A DNA stretch of 64,000 nucleotides, taken from the IMG/VR virus record IMGVR_UViG_3300029305_012082, positions 1 through 64,000 of that record. One strand, written 5' to 3'. The notes under the pieces were generated by a model. That model saw only the letters and a list, made by a program, of their open reading frames with translations, was not told the DNA's origin and ran no database searches. Origin of the DNA: a virus (taxonomy: Duplodnaviria > Caudoviricetes). Both the position numbers and the translations under genes were made by a program. Below, piece by piece: positions 18,979 through 28,692 of this stretch; the first letter of the stretch is position 1, and every line of letters starts with the position of its first letter.

Positions 18979-19461
18979 ATGAAGTACCATTTCTTGTTTT
19001 GCCTGTGCGGCAGAATTCATATCGTTCCCGACAAGCTTCTTTCTTGGGCCATGGACGGCCGTGATGAAAGAAGCATTATCCAAACCTGCACAAACTGCGG
19101 TAGAACAAGCAGGTTGTTTTTCCAGAGCCATGATAGCGGTGTCTCTTTAACCTTGGAAGATATTTTTGATGAATTTAGCGGGACCTTTCGTTTCCAAGCT
19201 CACTCCGGCATTCCTGTTCCTATGATGACAGGAAAGGAAGCAGATACATATTACAACGGGTTCTTCCTAAACGATACAGACTGGGAGGAGCATGAAACCG
19301 AGAGCATGCTGAAGGCTTTTCAAGCCAGAGAAGACTGGATCACTGTTGATACAGAAAAGCTCGCAAAAATGCTGGAGCAGCAGTTCGAAGATGCGAGGTG
19401 CATTTTGGAAATCTTGGGTTCCTACAACAATAACATTGTTTTCAAAAATTCCTCCAATTAA
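18979..19461 (+). CDS. Hypothetical protein
   Basis: CLCG...CTNCG; GGAGGT RBS. Confidence 0.65.
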   Translation: MKYHFLFCLCGRIHIVPDKLLSWAMDGRDERSIIQTCTNCGRTSRLFFQSHDSGVSLTLEDIFDEFSGTFRFQAHSGIPVPMMTGKEADTYYNGFFLNDTDWEEHETESMLKAFQAREDWITVDTEKLAKMLEQQFEDARCILEILGSYNNNIVFKNSSN

Positions 19462-19498
19462 GAGAAGAAGCTCAGCTTGAGCGACATATCAAAAAGGA

Positions 19499-20263
19499 GT
19501 GAACATTATGAACGAATTCAGAGACTTTGTAGGAAATCCTATCAACATTGGAGACACAATCGTCTATGCACAAGGACGAAGCAGCGGCATCGAAATGTTT
19601 ACCACCGAAGTTCTTGGATTTACACCCAAGTGGCTTAGAGTCAAGAAGTTGCCTAACTCTTGCTCGGCGAAGCCTTACTCAGTAGTTAGCCCTAACCACT
19701 GCGTCGTTATCCAGCCTGCCAGTCGAGAAGACAGAAAATCAAAACTGCGAGACAACCTTCTTGTCACAGCAGGCATTAGGGCAGGAAGCATGGACACGCA
19801 AGCATGCATCTCTCTCCCCAGTGATGTTGAAGGCGAAGCAGGCACAGCCGATCTCATTGCAGGAGCGGTAAATAACTTCCTTGAATGCTATCCTGAAAAA
19901 CAGTGCTTCGATCTTTACATCGAGGCAATGCTTCAGGAAGAATTCCCCGCAGGCAAACGTGCAGAGCTTTGCACAGAAAAACTGCTTGTTCTTTCCACGG
20001 CGCACATCAAACCCGAGACAGCTGAAAAGCTTTCGAAGCACGAACTTGATTCTGATCTTGCGATCTACCCGAATGAGTATGGCGCATTCATTCATATTCC
20101 GGACGAAAATCTGGATGCTTACGATGGGATTCCATATGACCTAAAAAAATGCGCGGTTTATGCTCAGGATGCTGGGTGCTCGTGGATAAAATTCGACAGG
20201 GATGGATATACCGCACCGTTCTTGCCGACTCATTTGGGCAAATGGAGGAGAATCAATGAATAA
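19499..20263 (+). CDS. Hypothetical protein, C-terminus DUF5983-like
   Basis: LVLSTAHI...YGAFI...GCSWIKFDRDG. Confidence 0.6.
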   Translation: MNIMNEFRDFVGNPINIGDTIVYAQGRSSGIEMFTTEVLGFTPKWLRVKKLPNSCSAKPYSVVSPNHCVVIQPASREDRKSKLRDNLLVTAGIRAGSMDTQACISLPSDVEGEAGTADLIAGAVNNFLECYPEKQCFDLYIEAMLQEEFPAGKRAELCTEKLLVLSTAHIKPETAEKLSKHELDSDLAIYPNEYGAFIHIPDENLDAYDGIPYDLKKCAVYAQDAGCSWIKFDRDGYTAPFLPTHLGKWRRINE

Positions 20264-20462
20264 ACACCAGAGAGAAACCGACATGATCGTTATTCAATTG
20301 CCTCGATCTGACTGGGAAGACATCATCGATGCTGTATCGTATGCAGCAGAAGACAGGCAGTACCAATGTGAGTGCACCACAGATCCTGAGGATAAAGAAA
20401 CAATTGAAGCGTGTGCCGAAAGATGGTCCGATCTGGCTTCGTTTTTGGCCGAACTTATCTGA
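20256..20462 (+). CDS. Hypothetical protein
   Basis: GGAGG RBS, coupled ORF. Confidence 0.55.
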   Translation: MNKHQRETDMIVIQLPRSDWEDIIDAVSYAAEDRQYQCECTTDPEDKETIEACAERWSDLASFLAELI

Positions 20463-20477
20463 AGATAAATTGAAGGA

Positions 20478-20870
20478 GTGTCTGATATGAAAATTGGCGA
20501 CAAAGAAGAAATGAAACAGTTTTTGTACAAGCTAATGGAATACAGAATTATATATTGGCTCATGCCGAAATATACAAAGTTTATTTACTGCTTCAATATC
20601 ATGTTGAACAACAAATCAGGCTGTCTGCATCTGGGTAACGGATATTGGCTGAACTTCAAAACCATGACCATTGAAGGGGAAAACACACCCTACGATAGCT
20701 GGAATGATTGCTATGTAGCATTCAAGAATGGAAAGTATTTTTCTGGAACTGACGAATCCGGGAATTTTACTCATACAAAAAACGAAGAAGAAGCTGCTAG
20801 ATTTCATTGCTTCCCTGACGCAATGAGGCTTTTTGAGCAGGGCTATGCGATCATCAAAATTACAACCTGA
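20478..20870 (+). CDS. Hypothetical protein
   Basis: ORF in operon. Confidence 0.55.
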   Translation: MSDMKIGDKEEMKQFLYKLMEYRIIYWLMPKYTKFIYCFNIMLNNKSGCLHLGNGYWLNFKTMTIEGENTPYDSWNDCYVAFKNGKYFSGTDESGNFTHTKNEEEAARFHCFPDAMRLFEQGYAIIKITT

Positions 20871-20880
20871 AAGGCTTTAT

Positions 20881-21141
20881 ATGAACAGAGGAAAGAAATT
20901 AAAGCAAAGGCGGAAGTTTATCATTAAGCATGGGAGGATTGATAGGGAATACAAAAGAAAGGCAGATAAAAACTATCCGCCTTATAGAAAAGGAAGCTAT
21001 TTTGCATCCTTTGTTTCCGACGAGTTGGGGCTCTCTGTGTGTGTTGGGCACATCGACAAATACCGCGTATATAAGGAAATTGTAAACCTAATCAGAACTA
21101 CTCCAAAATATATTTCTGGGGACAGTGAAAGTGGAACGTGA
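20881..21141 (+). CDS. Hypothetical basic protein
   Basis: ORF in operon. Confidence 0.5.
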   Translation: MNRGKKLKQRRKFIIKHGRIDREYKRKADKNYPPYRKGSYFASFVSDELGLSVCVGHIDKYRVYKEIVNLIRTTPKYISGDSESGT

Positions 21142-21206
21142 ATTCACGCCTTTAACGTGATTAGAATACAACGCAGCAAAATGTAAACTGCTCATAGGAG
21201 GAAAAT

Positions 21207-21458
21207 ATGGACCACATCATTTATACACACGACTTGGCGGCTAAGATTGTTGAGTTATTTGAAGATTTACTTGATGAAAACGGCGTTAAAATCCCCAGCC
21301 CGGAAGATTCTGAGCGAGAAGATTGCAACGGGGCTTCCGTTTATGGAAGCGTATATTGCGACCTTCTGGATGAAGTTGAACATCTTCTGGTCGATGCGTT
21401 GTGCAGGGCAAAGAGCGGCGCGTCGGTTATCCCGTATAGATTTTCCGGCAACGCATAA
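21207..21458 (+). CDS. Hypothetical protein
   Basis: AGGAGG RBS. Confidence 0.65.
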   Translation: MDHIIYTHDLAAKIVELFEDLLDENGVKIPSPEDSEREDCNGASVYGSVYCDLLDEVEHLLVDALCRAKSGASVIPYRFSGNA

Positions 21459-21484
21459 AACCATCAACGAGAGGAGAATGCTTT

Positions 21485-21727
21485 ATGGATAACAGAACAT
21501 CCTTGTACTTTCCGTCGGCCATTGTTCAAGCAAAGAGTGGTGGGCGTGTTTACTTATGGTCCTCGTCTATCGGTGAATTATCAATCAACGAAGCTATGAC
21601 TATATTGGATTATATTAAGATGCAATATAAAGTTTATTCGGAGTGGATTGACGAATTCTGCGGAGGGAATAAAAAGAAAACAGTACACCACAAATGCTTT
21701 GTCAATTGCTTCGGCGATATCATGTAG
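21485..21727 (+). CDS. Hypothetical protein
   Basis: GAGGAG RBS. Confidence 0.55.
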   Translation: MDNRTSLYFPSAIVQAKSGGRVYLWSSSIGELSINEAMTILDYIKMQYKVYSEWIDEFCGGNKKKTVHHKCFVNCFGDIM

Positions 21728-21747
21728 ACGGAAGAAAGGAAAAAAGT

Positions 21748-22140
21748 ATGAATACACATAAACTGATGGCAACCGATCTAGGAAAAGCATACTACATCAC
21801 TTGGCCTCAATTCGATCGCATGATTGACGATTGGGCAAAGAGTGCTGTAGCGAAGCATGTTGATGGAGAAGGAATCAGAGAGGATCGGGATATCTACATT
21901 CATATCAAGGAGCTGACAGAAGAGGATAAAGCTACCGTATTTTCTCTTTGTTTGAAATACGCCGGCTATATTGACGACGAACCCGAAGATGTGCGGACTG
22001 AATTAGTTCTTCCGATTGAAGCAACTCTTTCTATTGTCCGTGAATGCATCGGAAAGGAAATCGGTGCAACCACAAATTATCTGATAGCAGACGAGTACGG
22101 TGTATTTCTGTTTGAAAACCGCCTTGCTGAAGGGAGATGA
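21748..22140 (+). CDS. Hypothetical protein
   Basis: AAGGA RBS. Confidence 0.6.
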   Translation: MNTHKLMATDLGKAYYITWPQFDRMIDDWAKSAVAKHVDGEGIREDRDIYIHIKELTEEDKATVFSLCLKYAGYIDDEPEDVRTELVLPIEATLSIVRECIGKEIGATTNYLIADEYGVFLFENRLAEGR

Positions 22141-22144
22141 CCAT

Positions 22145-22735
22145 ATGTACAAAGATGTTTGTGGAATCCTGCAAGACGGAAAATGCGGTGACTTCAAAAT
22201 TGACCATTTCGAAGTCACAAAAGGCAACTTTCGTTATGCATTGCAAGGGATCTCTCCCGGACGGTACGTTCGGCTTACCAAGAATGGTGAAGTAGTTATG
22301 AGTGACACTGATATGGAAAAGCGCACAAACGCAGAGTTTATCATAAGGGCTCATGGAGATGTTATTGTTGGAGGGCTGGGAATCGGCTTGATTTTGCTTG
22401 CTATTCAAGATAAAGAGGATGTGACTTCCATCACCGTTATAGAAAAGAACATGGAAGTAATTTCTTTGGTTATGCCGTATTTAGGTCCTCATCTCAACAA
22501 AAAAGTAAAAGTCGAATATGGAGACGTCTTCACTTGGCGACCTCCTAAAGGTCGAAGATACGACTGCATCTACATGGACATCTGGCCGTTTATCAATCGA
22601 GATGTTTATGAGGAAGAGATGGTTCCTCTGAAACGAAGATACGGGCATTACCTGAAACCTCTTTCCCAAAGCCCGAACCGGTTCAACATGGCATGGGCAG
22701 AGTATAACGCTAAGAACGAGATCAGACTTGTATAA
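22145..22735 (+). CDS. Class I SAM-dependent methyltransferase-like protein
   Basis: VIVGGLGIG motif I, ITVIEK, GDVF, YDCIYMDIW. Confidence 0.75.
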   Translation: MYKDVCGILQDGKCGDFKIDHFEVTKGNFRYALQGISPGRYVRLTKNGEVVMSDTDMEKRTNAEFIIRAHGDVIVGGLGIGLILLAIQDKEDVTSITVIEKNMEVISLVMPYLGPHLNKKVKVEYGDVFTWRPPKGRRYDCIYMDIWPFINRDVYEEEMVPLKRRYGHYLKPLSQSPNRFNMAWAEYNAKNEIRLV

Positions 22736-22822
22736 TCCAATGACAACTCAATATAAAATAAGTATAATATATTGACTTTTTCACATACTTATTATACGAT
22801 AAGTATGAAAGGAGCGATATTC

Positions 22823-23104
22823 ATGGCAAAAGTAGCAACAAGCATTTCTTTAGATACGGAGATCAAGGATCAGGCCGTTTCCTTATTGAGAGAACTTGGA
22901 CTTGATCTCTCGACCGCAGTGGGCATGTTTCTCAGGCAGACAATTCGTGAACAGCGCATCCCCTTCGATGTTTCTCTGAATACTCCCAACGCCATCACAG
23001 CAGCTGCACTGAATGAGACTGATGCTATGCTGAACAACCCCGAAGCATATAAGAGGTACAGATCATTTGCGGAACTTCTCAAGGAGGTAGAAGCGGATGC
23101 TTGA
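22823..23104 (+). CDS. dinJ: RelB/DinJ-family antitoxin
   Basis: IKDQAVSLLRELGLDLSTAVGMFLRQ...IPF...PN; own promoter TTGACT-17-TACGAT at 22772-22800. Confidence 0.9.
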   Translation: MAKVATSISLDTEIKDQAVSLLRELGLDLSTAVGMFLRQTIREQRIPFDVSLNTPNAITAAALNETDAMLNNPEAYKRYRSFAELLKEVEADA

Positions 23105-23369
23105 AATTGTCGCTTCTAACCAGTTCAAGAAAGACTTGAAGCAGGCGGTTAAGCGTGGGCATAAGATGCACCTCCTCGAAGAAGTGGTTGACAAACTCGC
23201 CTCAGGAGAAGTTCTAGGTGATAAGTACCGAGATCATCGTTTGATCGGCAATTATGCAGGATTTCGAGAGTGCCACATTGAACCGGATTGGCTGCTAATC
23301 TACCAGATCCGGGAGCACGAGCTTATTCTTCTTCTGTTCCGCACTGGAACCCACAGCGACTTGTTCTGA
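23097..23369 (+). CDS. yafQ: YafQ-family mRNA interferase toxin
   Basis: FKKDLK, YRDHRL.G, RECHIEPDWLLIY, RTGTHSDLF. Confidence 0.93.
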   Translation: MLEIVASNQFKKDLKQAVKRGHKMHLLEEVVDKLASGEVLGDKYRDHRLIGNYAGFRECHIEPDWLLIYQIREHELILLLFRTGTHSDLF

Positions 23370-23374
23370 AATGC

Positions 23375-23398
23375 AAAGCCCTCTTCGGAGGGCTTTTT
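23375..23398 (+). terminator. Intrinsic terminator
   Basis: AAAGCCCTC-TTCG-GAGGGCTTTTT. Confidence 0.85.
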
Positions 23399-23500
23399 CA
23401 TTTTTCCGGATACAGCGATTTATACCGGGCGATCCATACAAACCTATATTGCTGAAAGAAATAACAGCTCCATTCTGATTTCAGACGGAAAATATCCCTG

Positions 23501-23570
23501 AAATGTCAGCAAATGTCATCGGATGTCAGCAAATGTCATTGATAGTCACCGTTTCCATAGTGTATTTTGT
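23501..23570 (+). promoter_or_regulatory. Putative late promoter with 10-bp direct repeats (activator sites)
   Basis: AAATGTCAGC AAATGTCATC GGATGTCAGC AAATGTCATT GATAGTCACC upstream of the late operon. Confidence 0.55.
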
Positions 23571-23659
23571 ACAACAGAAAATAGGATGAACCGCAGGGGG
23601 CGGGGATTCCAGTGAAGCGTCGCTTGTGAGCGGCGTTTTTCTGTTTTGGAGGGTTACGA

Positions 23660-24289
23660 ATGGAGAAAAGAATTGAGCTTTGCAGGGTTAAGGCCGGCGA
23701 CATCAAAACTGGCTTTGGAAATCCCAGAAAGATCAACAAAAAGAAGCTCGAAGAGCTTGAACGCAGCATGCTCGAAAACGGTGATTTCGGCATCTATCTG
23801 CTGGACGAGAAGAACAATATTATCGGCGGCAACCAGCGGCTCAAGGTTGTGCTGAAGAATTTCGGTCCAGACCACGAACTTGACTGCAAGCGATTGATCG
23901 GTTATACCGAGGCAGAGCTGAGAGCAATCAATATCAAAGACAACACACACGCTGGCGAATGGGATCTGGAAGCCCTCGCGGATTGGACAGCAGACCTTAC
24001 TGTTGATCTTGGGATTAAAGCAAAAGATGATTCCACCGAGGAACGTTCCATCAAAGAAATGGAACTCATCCACTACGAGAAATACGACTATGTTATGATC
24101 GTCTGCCGGAGCGAGTTGGACTATAACGATCTAGTACGGCGGCTTGGTATCGAAGGTGCAGAGGTCAGCATAGCAAAAAGAAAGATCAAAGCAAGAGCCA
24201 TCTGGTACGATCAAATGAATGCAATGATCGTTCCCATTGAACCGGATGCTGCTCCAAGCTCAGTAGAGGAAGGAACTGATGAGGAGTGA
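23660..24289 (+). CDS. ParB/Srx-like N-terminal domain protein
   Basis: NPRKI...L..SM, IIGGNQR, N...GEWD. Confidence 0.8.
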   Translation: MEKRIELCRVKAGDIKTGFGNPRKINKKKLEELERSMLENGDFGIYLLDEKNNIIGGNQRLKVVLKNFGPDHELDCKRLIGYTEAELRAINIKDNTHAGEWDLEALADWTADLTVDLGIKAKDDSTEERSIKEMELIHYEKYDYVMIVCRSELDYNDLVRRLGIEGAEVSIAKRKIKARAIWYDQMNAMIVPIEPDAAPSSVEEGTDEE

Positions 24290-24918
24290 AGAAACTCGTC
24301 ATAATTGGGGCAGGAGGTCACGCAAAGTCAGTCCTTGACTCTGTCGACCCTGAGTTCTTTGAAATTTACGGCTTTGTCGATGAAGTTAAGGTCGGGAATT
24401 ATATGGGCAAACCGATATTCGGACATGATGTTACCAATGTTCCTGACTTCGCACAATGCGTGTATCTTATTGCGATAGGAGATGTTCAAGTACGGAAGCG
24501 TTGGTATGAAACGCTAACTGGGTTGAACTTAGAACTTGTCAACATCATTGACAGATCCGCTCTTGTCTCCCCTTCAGTAAAAATGGGATGCGGAAACTTC
24601 ATCGGTAAGCTTGCTGTCGTGAACGCAGGCTCCGTTCTTGGAGATAACAACCTCATAAACACAATGGCACTTATCGAACACGAGAGCCGAATTTTCAATC
24701 ACACAAATCTATCCACGAAATGCACCGTCAATGGAGATGTAGTCGTAGAAGACTGCGTATTTCTTGGTAGTGGTGCAACGTGCAATGGTCAATTGACCCT
24801 TGGAGAAAACTGCATTGTTGGTTCAGGCAGTGTTGTTATACGAGATGTCGAAGCCGGGACAACTGTGGTCGGGACACCGGCAAGGGTTGTAAAGCCGGCA
24901 AAAGGAGGCACTGAATGA
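24286..24918 (+). CDS. NeuD/PglD-family sugar acetyltransferase
   Basis: IIGAGGHA, left-handed beta-helix hexapeptide repeats, VVGTPAR. Confidence 0.9.
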   Translation: MKKLVIIGAGGHAKSVLDSVDPEFFEIYGFVDEVKVGNYMGKPIFGHDVTNVPDFAQCVYLIAIGDVQVRKRWYETLTGLNLELVNIIDRSALVSPSVKMGCGNFIGKLAVVNAGSVLGDNNLINTMALIEHESRIFNHTNLSTKCTVNGDVVVEDCVFLGSGATCNGQLTLGENCIVGSGSVVIRDVEAGTTVVGTPARVVKPAKGGTE

Positions 24919-25577
24919 GAGTTCTTGTAATCGCTCCACATCCAGACGATGAAGTTCTTGGTGTCGGTGGAACAATGATAAAAAGAGTTCTTCAGGGGCA
25001 CGAAGTCCATGTGTGTGTTGTCACTCGTGGATATCCTCCGATGTTTGACCAGAAATACATCTCTCAAGGAGTCAGAGAGTGCCGGCTGGCAAATGCGCTG
25101 CTTGGAACGAGCGGAATATATTTCCTGAGAAAACCTGCTTCCTCCATGGATACCATTTCCCTTGTAAGCGTAATCGAGCCACTTAGAAACATCATCCTTG
25201 AACTGAAGCCCGATGAAGTTTATATTCCGCATCGAGGTGATGTGCACAATGACCACAAAGCAGTCGTTGATGCAGCCATGGTTGCTCTGAGACCAAAGCA
25301 TAGCCACAAAGTTTGCAGGATTTATTCTTATGAGTGCCCCTCTGAAACAGGTTGGGATATTCCTGCAGAATACAACGCTTTTATTCCAAATGTTTTCGAA
25401 GACATCTCAGACACTTTGGATTTGAAAATACAAGCCATGGAAAAGTATAAATCACAGATTGAGAAATATCCTGGCGCAAGGAGTCCCGAAGCAATAAGGG
25501 CACTTGCCGTTCACAGAGGAACGACGGTTTATACTGCAGCGGCAGAAGCGTTCAGTCTAGTCAGAGAAATTAAGTGA
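24915..25577 (+). CDS. PIG-L/LmbE-family de-N-acetylase
   Basis: APHPDDE and H.DH motifs. Confidence 0.9.
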   Translation: MRVLVIAPHPDDEVLGVGGTMIKRVLQGHEVHVCVVTRGYPPMFDQKYISQGVRECRLANALLGTSGIYFLRKPASSMDTISLVSVIEPLRNIILELKPDEVYIPHRGDVHNDHKAVVDAAMVALRPKHSHKVCRIYSYECPSETGWDIPAEYNAFIPNVFEDISDTLDLKIQAMEKYKSQIEKYPGARSPEAIRALAVHRGTTVYTAAAEAFSLVREIK

Positions 25578-25584
25578 GGAACAT

Positions 25585-26277
25585 ATGGTTTTATCTTCTC
25601 ACCAACCGAACTTCGTTCCCTACATGGGTTTTTTCTATAAACTCATGCAAAGCGACATTGTCGTTATGTCAGAGGACGTGCAGTTCTCAAAAAAAGGAAT
25701 GCACAACTGGAACCGCATCTACACGCAGAATGGAGTTAGGAAGCTAACCGTTCCGGTTCATGCTCACCATGATATGCCTCTTTCAGAGATATTTGTAGTC
25801 GATCACAAATACTCCATTCCCAAGATTGCCAAATCTTTGGAGCAGGAGTATAGAAAGGCTCCCTGCTTTGATGAAGGCATGGAACTTGTTGCATGGATGG
25901 CTAGTCATGTTTATCGAAGCAATCTCAAGATGGTTGACCTCAACGTGAATTTGATTTCCTTCGTAATGGACAAGTTCGATATCCGCACAAAGATCCTTCG
26001 ATCCACAACTGATTTGAAAGTGTCCGGGCATAAGGATGAGCGGATATTCCAGATGTGTGAGCAGACCGGTGCTGATGTCTACTACAGCGGTACCGGAGCA
26101 AAGGCTTATCATCAAGAAGAAGAGTATGAGAGGCGGGGGATATGCCTGACATACTCAGATTACAAGCCGGTAGAATATAATCAGATCCACGGTTGTTTCG
26201 AACCGAACCTTTCTGTGATCGACTATATTTTCAACAATGGCTATACACTTCCGGAAGGATGGAGGCGTAACCAATGA
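25585..26277 (+). CDS. WbqC-family protein
   Basis: HQPNFVPYMGFF, D.VQF, NRI, YYSGTGAKAY, LSVID. Confidence 0.88.
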   Translation: MVLSSHQPNFVPYMGFFYKLMQSDIVVMSEDVQFSKKGMHNWNRIYTQNGVRKLTVPVHAHHDMPLSEIFVVDHKYSIPKIAKSLEQEYRKAPCFDEGMELVAWMASHVYRSNLKMVDLNVNLISFVMDKFDIRTKILRSTTDLKVSGHKDERIFQMCEQTGADVYYSGTGAKAYHQEEEYERRGICLTYSDYKPVEYNQIHGCFEPNLSVIDYIFNNGYTLPEGWRRNQ

Positions 26278-26987
26278 ACGGAAACCCACTGTTCGGGATA
26301 TACGTTCCTAGCTACAAAAGGTACGAGACAACCTGTACTTTTGAGATTTTGGAATACTGCACTTATGTGGTGCGGAAATCTGAAGAAGAGAAATACAGGG
26401 CTAGGGGAATTAAAAGCATCTGGGCCGTCGAAGATCATCTGATCGACAATCTGGTAAAGGTTGTCAACTACATTGTTGATAATGCTCCAGAGCAGATCAT
26501 TTGTATGATTGACGACGACGTTCCTAATATGGTGTATCGCATGGACACCAACGAGAAGTTCTCCGATCCAGAAACTGTCACTGCGGAATTCGAGAGGATC
26601 GGGCAGCTTATGCTTGATCTTGGAATCGGATACGGGGCAGTTGATGCCAGCATGGCACCTTGGAACTACAACTCGGAATTTGAGTTCAAGGGGACAAGCG
26701 GTGGTATGAGATGGTTTAATAAGGCTGCGTACAAGTCTCGCTTCCTTGAAGAGGTTTATCACAACTGTGATTTGGACGTGGTCCTTCACGAATTGCTCGT
26801 AAATCGAATCATTCTCAAGCCCAAGTACCTTTGCACTCACGGAGGCACAGATACGAATGCCGGCGGAAACTCCAGCAAAAAAAGATCTGAGCAACGAGCA
26901 TGTGCGGATATTATGAGAGCCAAATGGGGCAGATACTTCAGCTACAACTTCGACACAAACAAGCCAGCAATTAGAGTAAAAAGGTGA
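26274..26987 (+). CDS. GT-A fold glycosyltransferase, TET-associated (TAGT/GREB1-like)
   Basis: IYVPSYKR, MIDDD, D.D..L, TNAGG, KWG motifs. Confidence 0.72.
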   Translation: MNGNPLFGIYVPSYKRYETTCTFEILEYCTYVVRKSEEEKYRARGIKSIWAVEDHLIDNLVKVVNYIVDNAPEQIICMIDDDVPNMVYRMDTNEKFSDPETVTAEFERIGQLMLDLGIGYGAVDASMAPWNYNSEFEFKGTSGGMRWFNKAAYKSRFLEEVYHNCDLDVVLHELLVNRIILKPKYLCTHGGTDTNAGGNSSKKRSEQRACADIMRAKWGRYFSYNFDTNKPAIRVKR

Positions 26988-27026
26988 TGATTTTCGGAAA
27001 AATTTCTAGTTATCCGAACATTTTAC

Positions 27027-27054
27027 TTGACTTTAGGTCGGCATCTGCTACGAT
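27027..27054 (+). promoter_or_regulatory. Promoter TTGACT-16-TACGAT
   Basis: Member of the promoter family. Confidence 0.7.
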
Positions 27055-27086
27055 ACGATAAAGTATTACAAGGAGGTGCTAAATGG

Positions 27087-28379
27087 TTGGCTAGATACAA
27101 CCCGACAACAAGAAGCGGCTTCAATATGTTCGATATGGCAAGCATGCTTCAGAAAGCAGTAAGAAGAGGCGACACCGAAAGAGCCGGCTTGGCAGCTTAT
27201 GAGCTGTATGGAAGCTATCAGTCTATGATGTGGAAAAGAATTCTTACCATTTCCGCAGAAGACTGCTGGGGTGTCCTCACGAAGGAACTCGTTCATCTCC
27301 GCAAGATGGACGAAATGCTGAACGCTGGTAAGACTGGATATCATAAGGACCCCAAATATGTTTCCATGGCAATTGCGTTGTTGTGCAAGGCGAAGAAAAG
27401 CAGAGATGCTTGTTATTTCGCCTGTAACTTCATTCTTGCAGAAAACCCCAGACACGAAATCGAGTGTAGTGCAGAGGAGGTAGAGAGAGTCCGAAGCACA
27501 GTTGACGTTATCCCGGGAGAGGCGTTCTCTCTCGATGTTATGCGATCCCCTCGATTGATCGAAGAACTTTTCTCTCCTCTTGTCGAGGAGCAAGCAGGCT
27601 TATTCGCAACAGCAAGACCTGCTGCAAACAGGAAGAAGTTTGCTGAGACAACCCCCGATGGATCTGACCCTTATCTCGTTGCATCTGTTCTCGTGAAGGC
27701 TGTTTCCTATCGAGATATGGAAAACATCGGATACGCCTCTGGTCAGCTGAGATCGTTCCATAGGGATATTCTTTGGAGAACCCTACTCGCAACAAATATT
27801 CTTTTCTGTTCCGGTCGCCTTACAAGCGAGATCGTAGGTCTGAAGTTGACGGATGATATGGTCAACGGCAGAAAGAAGCCTGAAGAGCGAGATGAAATCT
27901 TTATTGCAAAGGCTCTGATGAACATCTGCTATGATCTGAGCGATGACTTTGGTTCCGTAGAGGCATATCAGGCAGTGCATCTCTATGAGTTAATCGAATG
28001 GAGCAAGTACAAGATCGGCAGTGTCGCTGACTGCAAGCTTCCTGATGGCATCATTCCCGAATGGGTGTATGATGTCCACACGATTAGAGGAAAAAAAGCT
28101 GGAAAGACTGATTGGGGCATGAACTTGGTGGAACAGGAAGCCCTAAATCCTCTGCAGATTGCATTTTTCGATGAAGGAAGTTGGGCACCTCGATACGACT
28201 ACAAGCATGAACACAACATGTGTTCCCAGCTTGAGTATGACCTAAGTCTGGAATACAGAAAAGATCATGATGCAAACCCCACACCTCAGTTCATCGAAGA
28301 GAGAAGAGTAGAGGACAACAGCCACGGGAATTTCAAAGAGACTTTTGCGTTCCTGTCGTCTAGATACTTGGGGGTTTAA
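27087..28379 (+). CDS. MgsA/RarA C-terminal-like protein lacking the AAA+ ATPase
   Basis: SMLQKAVRRGD...WKRILTISAEDC...KKSR; IPEWVYDVHT.RG; no Walker A seen. Confidence 0.65.
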   Translation: MARYNPTTRSGFNMFDMASMLQKAVRRGDTERAGLAAYELYGSYQSMMWKRILTISAEDCWGVLTKELVHLRKMDEMLNAGKTGYHKDPKYVSMAIALLCKAKKSRDACYFACNFILAENPRHEIECSAEEVERVRSTVDVIPGEAFSLDVMRSPRLIEELFSPLVEEQAGLFATARPAANRKKFAETTPDGSDPYLVASVLVKAVSYRDMENIGYASGQLRSFHRDILWRTLLATNILFCSGRLTSEIVGLKLTDDMVNGRKKPEERDEIFIAKALMNICYDLSDDFGSVEAYQAVHLYELIEWSKYKIGSVADCKLPDGIIPEWVYDVHTIRGKKAGKTDWGMNLVEQEALNPLQIAFFDEGSWAPRYDYKHEHNMCSQLEYDLSLEYRKDHDANPTPQFIEERRVEDNSHGNFKETFAFLSSRYLGV

Positions 28380-28381
28380 CC

Positions 28382-28612
28382 ATGGAAAGCAAAAGCGACA
28401 CCGTGAGAAGGCTGGTTGCATCCGGTCAGTATAAAGCTGCTCTTAGGATTGCCAAAGACTTTCGCCTGGGCATCACAAAAGAACAGGCCGGCAATTTGAA
28501 ACGCGGCTATGAATGTCTGGTTCATCCTGCTTTCTATCAATCAATTGGCGTAGATGTAGACCACGCTGTCTCAACCGGCGTGGCTACCCTGAAACTCCTT
28601 TACGGAACATAA
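28382..28612 (+). CDS. Hypothetical protein
   Basis: 76-aa ORF followed by a hairpin at 28639-28673. Confidence 0.65.
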   Translation: MESKSDTVRRLVASGQYKAALRIAKDFRLGITKEQAGNLKRGYECLVHPAFYQSIGVDVDHAVSTGVATLKLLYGT

Positions 28613-28692
28613 ATTATCATTCAGAAATATATGACTAGAACAGCTTCCACATCCCTTGGTGTGGGAGCTGTTTCATTGAAAACGGTGATGAA

